Positions 59,461 to 64,000 of a stretch of DNA of 64,000 bases are shown here, piece by piece. The translations under genes and the position numbers were made by a program. Source of the DNA: Vicugna vicugna (Eukaryota); the NCBI GenBank assembly GCA_013265495.1, contig MU058824.1:2569111-2633110 (forward strand). The letters run 5' to 3'. The notes below the pieces were generated by a model that was not told where the DNA came from, ran no database searches, and worked only from the letters and a program-made list of their open reading frames with translations. The number at the start of each line of letters is the position of its first letter. Position 1 is the stretch's first letter.

Positions 59461-59810
59461 CAGTATCCCTGACTGTTGGGATCTTCAAAGCTTTCTTCTG
59501 CCTGTGTTTTTGGTGCATAATGTAAAAAAGCAAGTCTCTGCCAACCTATTCAGACTCCTTTGGGAGCCTGTGTATGGGAGCAGCCCAGGTCTCCTTCTAT
59601 ACCCTCCTCGTCCCTCCCCGCCCCTCCCCTGCCTTAACTTACTGATGGGATGAGGGAGTAATGGAGGAAGAGCTCCATGCCCACTGAACTGGTACAGGTG
59701 CCATTTAGCTGCCTGGTACTGAAAAACAGCCAAAGAACACATTCACATCATCAGTCACTGCTGCAGTCAGTGACCCTTTAGCCTTGAGGATCACTGTTAG
59801 GAATTTGGCT

Positions 59811-61915
59811 TGATAAATCTTTAGCCAGACTCATCAAGAAAAAAAGGAAGAAGGCCCAAATCAATAAAATCAGAAATGGAAAAGGAGAAGTTACAACTGA
59901 CACCACAGAAATACAAAGGATCATAAGAGACTACTATGAGCAACTATATAACGATAAAATGGACACATTCCTAGGAATGTAAAATCTTCCAAGACTAAAC
60001 CAGGAGGAAGTAGAATATATAAACAGACCAATTACCAGTACTGAAACTGAATCAGTAATTTTAAAACTCTCAACAAATAAAAGTCCAGGACCAGATGGCT
60101 TCATGGGTAAATTCTAACAAACATTTAGAGAAGAGTTAACATCTATCCTTTTGAAACTATTCCAAGAAATCACAGAGGAAGGAACACTGCCAAACTCATT
60201 CTATGAGGCCACCATCACCCTGATACTAAAAACCAGACAAAGATGTCACAAAAAAAGAAAATCAAGGGCCAATATCACTGATGAACATAGATCCAAAAAT
60301 CCGCAAAAGATATTAGCATCCTAACTCCGGTAATACTTTAAAAGGGTCATATGCCATGATGAGGTGGGATTTACCCCAGGGATGCAAGGACTTTTCAATA
60401 TCTGCAAATCAATCAACGTGATGCAGCACATTAACAAACAGAAGAATAAAAACCATATGACCATCTCAATAGACGCAGAAAAAGCTTTGATAAAATTCAA
60501 TATCCATTTAAGATTAAAAACTCTCCAGAAAGTGGGCATAGAGGGAACATACCTCAACATAATAAAACCCACTTATGAAAAATCCACAGCTAATATCATA
60601 CTCAACAGTGAAAAGCTGAAAGCATTTCCTCTAAGATCAGGAAAAAGACAAGGCATCCCACGCTTGCCACTTTCATTCAACATAGTTTTCAAAGTCCTAG
60701 CCACAGCAATCAAAGAAGAAAAGGAAATAAAAAGAATCCAAATTGGAAAGGAAGAAGTAAAACTGCCACTGTTTGCAGACGACATGAAACTATACATAGA
60801 AAATCTTAAAGGTGCTTCCAGAAAACTACTACAGTTCATCAATGAGTGTGGTAAAACTGCAGGATACAAAATTAACATACAGAAATCTGTTGTATTTCTA
60901 TACACTAACAACAAGATATCAAAAAGAGAAATTAAGGAAATAATCCCATCTATCATTGCATCAAAAAAAATAATAAAGTACCTAGGAATAAACCTACCTA
61001 AGGAGGCAAAAGACTTCTACTCTGAAAACTATTAAGACATTGATGAAATAAATTGAAGATGACACAAACAGATGAAAAGATACACCATGTTCTTGGATTG
61101 AAAGAATCAATATTGTTAAAATGACCATACTACCCAAGGCAATCTACAAATTCAGTGAAATCCCTATTAAATTACCAATGGTATTTTTCACAGAAGTGGC
61201 ACAAAAAAGGTTAAAATTAGTATGGAAACACAAAAGAACTTGAATAGTAAAAACAATCTTGAGAAAGAAGAACAGAGCTGGAGGAATCATGCTCCCTCTC
61301 TTCAGATTATACTACAAAGTGATAGTAATCAAAACAGTATGTTACTGGCACAAAAACAGACACACAGATCAATGGAACAGGATAGAAAGTCCAGAAATAA
61401 ACCCACATACTTATGATCAATCCATCTACAACAAACGAGGCAAAAATATACAATGGAGAAAAGACAGTCTATTCAGTAAGTGGTGCTGGAAAAACTGGAC
61501 AACTACACAAAAGAGACTGAAATTAGAACATTCTCTAACACCAAATACAAAAATAAACTCAAAATAGATTAAAGACCTAAAAGTAAGATCAGATACTATA
61601 AAACTCCTAGAGGAAAACATAGTCAGAACATTCTGACTTAAATTGCAGCAATATTTTTTTGGATCTGTCTCCTAGAGTAATGGAAATAAAAGTAAAAATA
61701 AACAAATGGGACCTGATTAAACTGAAAACCTTTTGCACAGCAAAGGACATCATAAACACAATGAAAAGACAACCTACAAACTGGGAGAAAATATTTGCAA
61801 ATAATGTGACTGACAAGAGATTAATTTCCAAAATATACAAACAGCTAAAACAGCTCGCTCGGTCTCTCGCTCTCATGCTCTCCCTCTCTCTCTTGCTCTC
61901 GCTCTTGCGCGCGTG

Positions 61916-61952
<37 letters not shown>

Positions 61953-62885
61953 AAGAACAACCCAATAAAAATATGGGCAGAAGACCTAAATAGACATTTC
62001 TCCAAAGAAGACATACAGATGGCCAACAGGCACATGAAAAGATGCTAATATATATGTTAATTATTAGAGAAATGCAAATCAAAACCACAATGAGGTATCA
62101 CCTCACACTGGTCAGAATGGCTATCATCAAAAAGTCTACAAATAATAAATGCTGGAGAGAGTGTATAGAAAAGGGGATCCTCTTACTCTGTTGGTGGGAA
62201 TATAAATTGGTGCTGCTACTATAGAGAACAGTATGCAGTTTCCTTTAAAAACTGAAAATAAAGTTACCATATGATCCAGCAATCCCACTGGCATATATCT
62301 GAAAGGAACTCTAATTCGAAAAGACACATGCACCCCAGTGTTCATAGCAACACTGTATACAATAGACAAGACATGGAAGCAACCTAAATGTCCATCGAAA
62401 GATAAATGGATAAAGAAGACGTGATACATATATACGATGGAATCCTATTCAGCCACAAAAACGAATGAAATAATGCCATTTTCAGCAACATGGACCTAGA
62501 GATTATCATATTAAGTGAAATAAGTCAGACAGAGAAAGACAAATATTGTATGATATCACTTATATGTGGAATCTTAAAAAATGATACAAATGAATTTATT
62601 TACAAAAGAGAAATAGATTCACAGACAGAAAACAAACTTATGGTTACCACAGAGGGGGAAAGAAGAAGGAATAAATTTGGAATTTGGGATTAATAGATAC
62701 ATACTACAATATATAAAATAAACAACAAGGACCACAGGGAACTATATTCAATATCTTGTAATAATCTACAATGGAAAAGGATCTGAAAAAGAATAGACAT
62801 ACATGTATAACTGAATCACTTTGCTGAATATCTGAAACACTGTAATTCAACTGTATTTCAGTTTTTTAAAAAATGTCTTAAAAGA
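59811..62885 (+). mobile_element. 5'-truncated LINE-1 (degenerate ORF2 RT and C-terminal region plus 3'UTR)
   Basis: ORF fragments [18 protein letters not shown]...[11 protein letters not shown]...LFADDMKLY...KYLGINL and [13 protein letters not shown], broken by stops and frameshifts; L1 3'UTR follows. Confidence 0.95.
61853..61951. repeat. Compound (CT)n/(TA)n microsatellite inside the L1
   Basis: gctcgctcggtctctcgctctc...tctctctctatatatatatata. Confidence 0.9.
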
Positions 62886-64000
62886 TTAAAATTGAAACAC
62901 CACAAGAACAAAAATGACTATTAAAGTGGGAACTACTGACAATACTATCCAGAATTACTGAAGGTTAAGACACGTCGGTATTCATTTACTGGCAATCAGC
63001 ATAAGGAGGTACAACCATTCTGAGGATTAATTTTGCAATATGTACCAAGAAACTTTCAAATACAGTGATTCCATTTCTAGGAATTCTACTAAAAAATTAT
63101 ACACTAAGGAAATAACCAGAGAGGTGTCTGAAGACATGTTATAGAATGCTAAGATTCTCACCCTTCCTTCTTGCCTCCCTTCCTCACATGTGTGTATAGC
63201 ATTTTAAACGTAATTTATGCTCACAGTAAAGCATTCAAAATGTTTACAAATGTATAAAGTAGTAACTAAAAGCCCCTTCTTCTTCCATAATTATTCATGT
63301 TTAAAACCTGTAGTTTCAAGCAAAAATATGATCAGACTAAGCTTGATTTCTTCATTTAATCAATAAAGGAAAGGAATTTCATTTACTAAAGAAAGGCAAT
63401 TTCTCACATCAGTATATACAGACCCATGGAACTCTTTTGGCCGGGTGACCCTGCCTACACAGATTCGCCCCTGGGCCTGTTACCTGCTTGGAAGGCCTGA
63501 GCCAAGACTTAGTCTGGTAGCAGCAAGAAACAGGTGAGCTCAGTGAGGGTGGGGAGCGTCACTCTCTAAATAAGGGGTCCATGGCTACAGAGACCAGTCC
63601 CCTGGGCTATGCTTCACTCCAGCAGCCACTGTGGGGAACGGATGAAGCAGGCACTGAAGCCAACCCACGTTAGAAGGCCACAGAGACACACTTCTTAGTC
63701 TCTGAGACTCATACTGCACCCTGGACCCAGGGCTGGTGGGACAGATCTGTTGAGGGGTGAACAGCACAGACAGGGCAGCAGCAGAACAGCACCCCCAAAA
63801 TGTACAAAATCCTATTTCCACTGACGATAGCTTGGAACTGTGTTTACGATGTACTGTTACGTGAAAGAAAATTATAAGGCAATATGATCCCAAATTGTGA
63901 AATGTGGTCATCTCTGGGTAGGGGGATTTGAGGTCATTCCAAATTTTAAGAATGATTTTTTTCTGAAATTAATGAGGGTAGTGAATAGACGTATTTTGTG

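Noticed and set aside
60364..61035. 223-aa reverse-transcriptase ORF as a possible domesticated RT or retron-like system
   Set aside because: It is an ordinary fragment of a 5'-truncated L1 ORF2, flanked by stops and frameshifts.
63585..63911. Candidate for the missing first STRA6L coding exon
   Set aside because: I saw no resemblance to the recalled STRA6L N-terminus and no convincing phase-0 donor; the exon is probably outside the window.

Overview
Mammalian genomic DNA, probably a camelid (inferred from the SINE and young L1 3' ends). It holds two tandem minus-strand multi-exon genes, which I reconstructed by hand with GT/AG boundaries and consistent phases. (1) STRA6L (RBPR2, the second RBP4/retinol receptor): 16 coding exons from 57881 down to the stop at 31534, 589 sense codons, no disabling mutation. 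Its N-terminal ~30 codons were not found and probably lie beyond the right edge. (2) CCDC180 (ciliary coiled-coil protein): a GC-box/X-box promoter at about 22.95-23.1 kb, a probable non-coding first exon, and 14 coding exons from ATG 21948 down to 950; the gene continues off the left edge. The introns carry L1, L2, MaLR/ERV LTRs, hAT MITEs and tRNA-derived SINEs. The most notable observations are: a tailless 5'-half tRNA-Glu(TTC) retrocopy with a 14-bp TSD; an orphan polyadenylated retro-insert containing a nested L1; NYV in place of the proposed RBP4-binding SYL motif of STRA6L; and an out-of-frame uORF overlapping the CCDC180 start. Gene and repeat-family names come from recalled homology, not from a database search. 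No prokaryote-type system (operon, CRISPR) is present.
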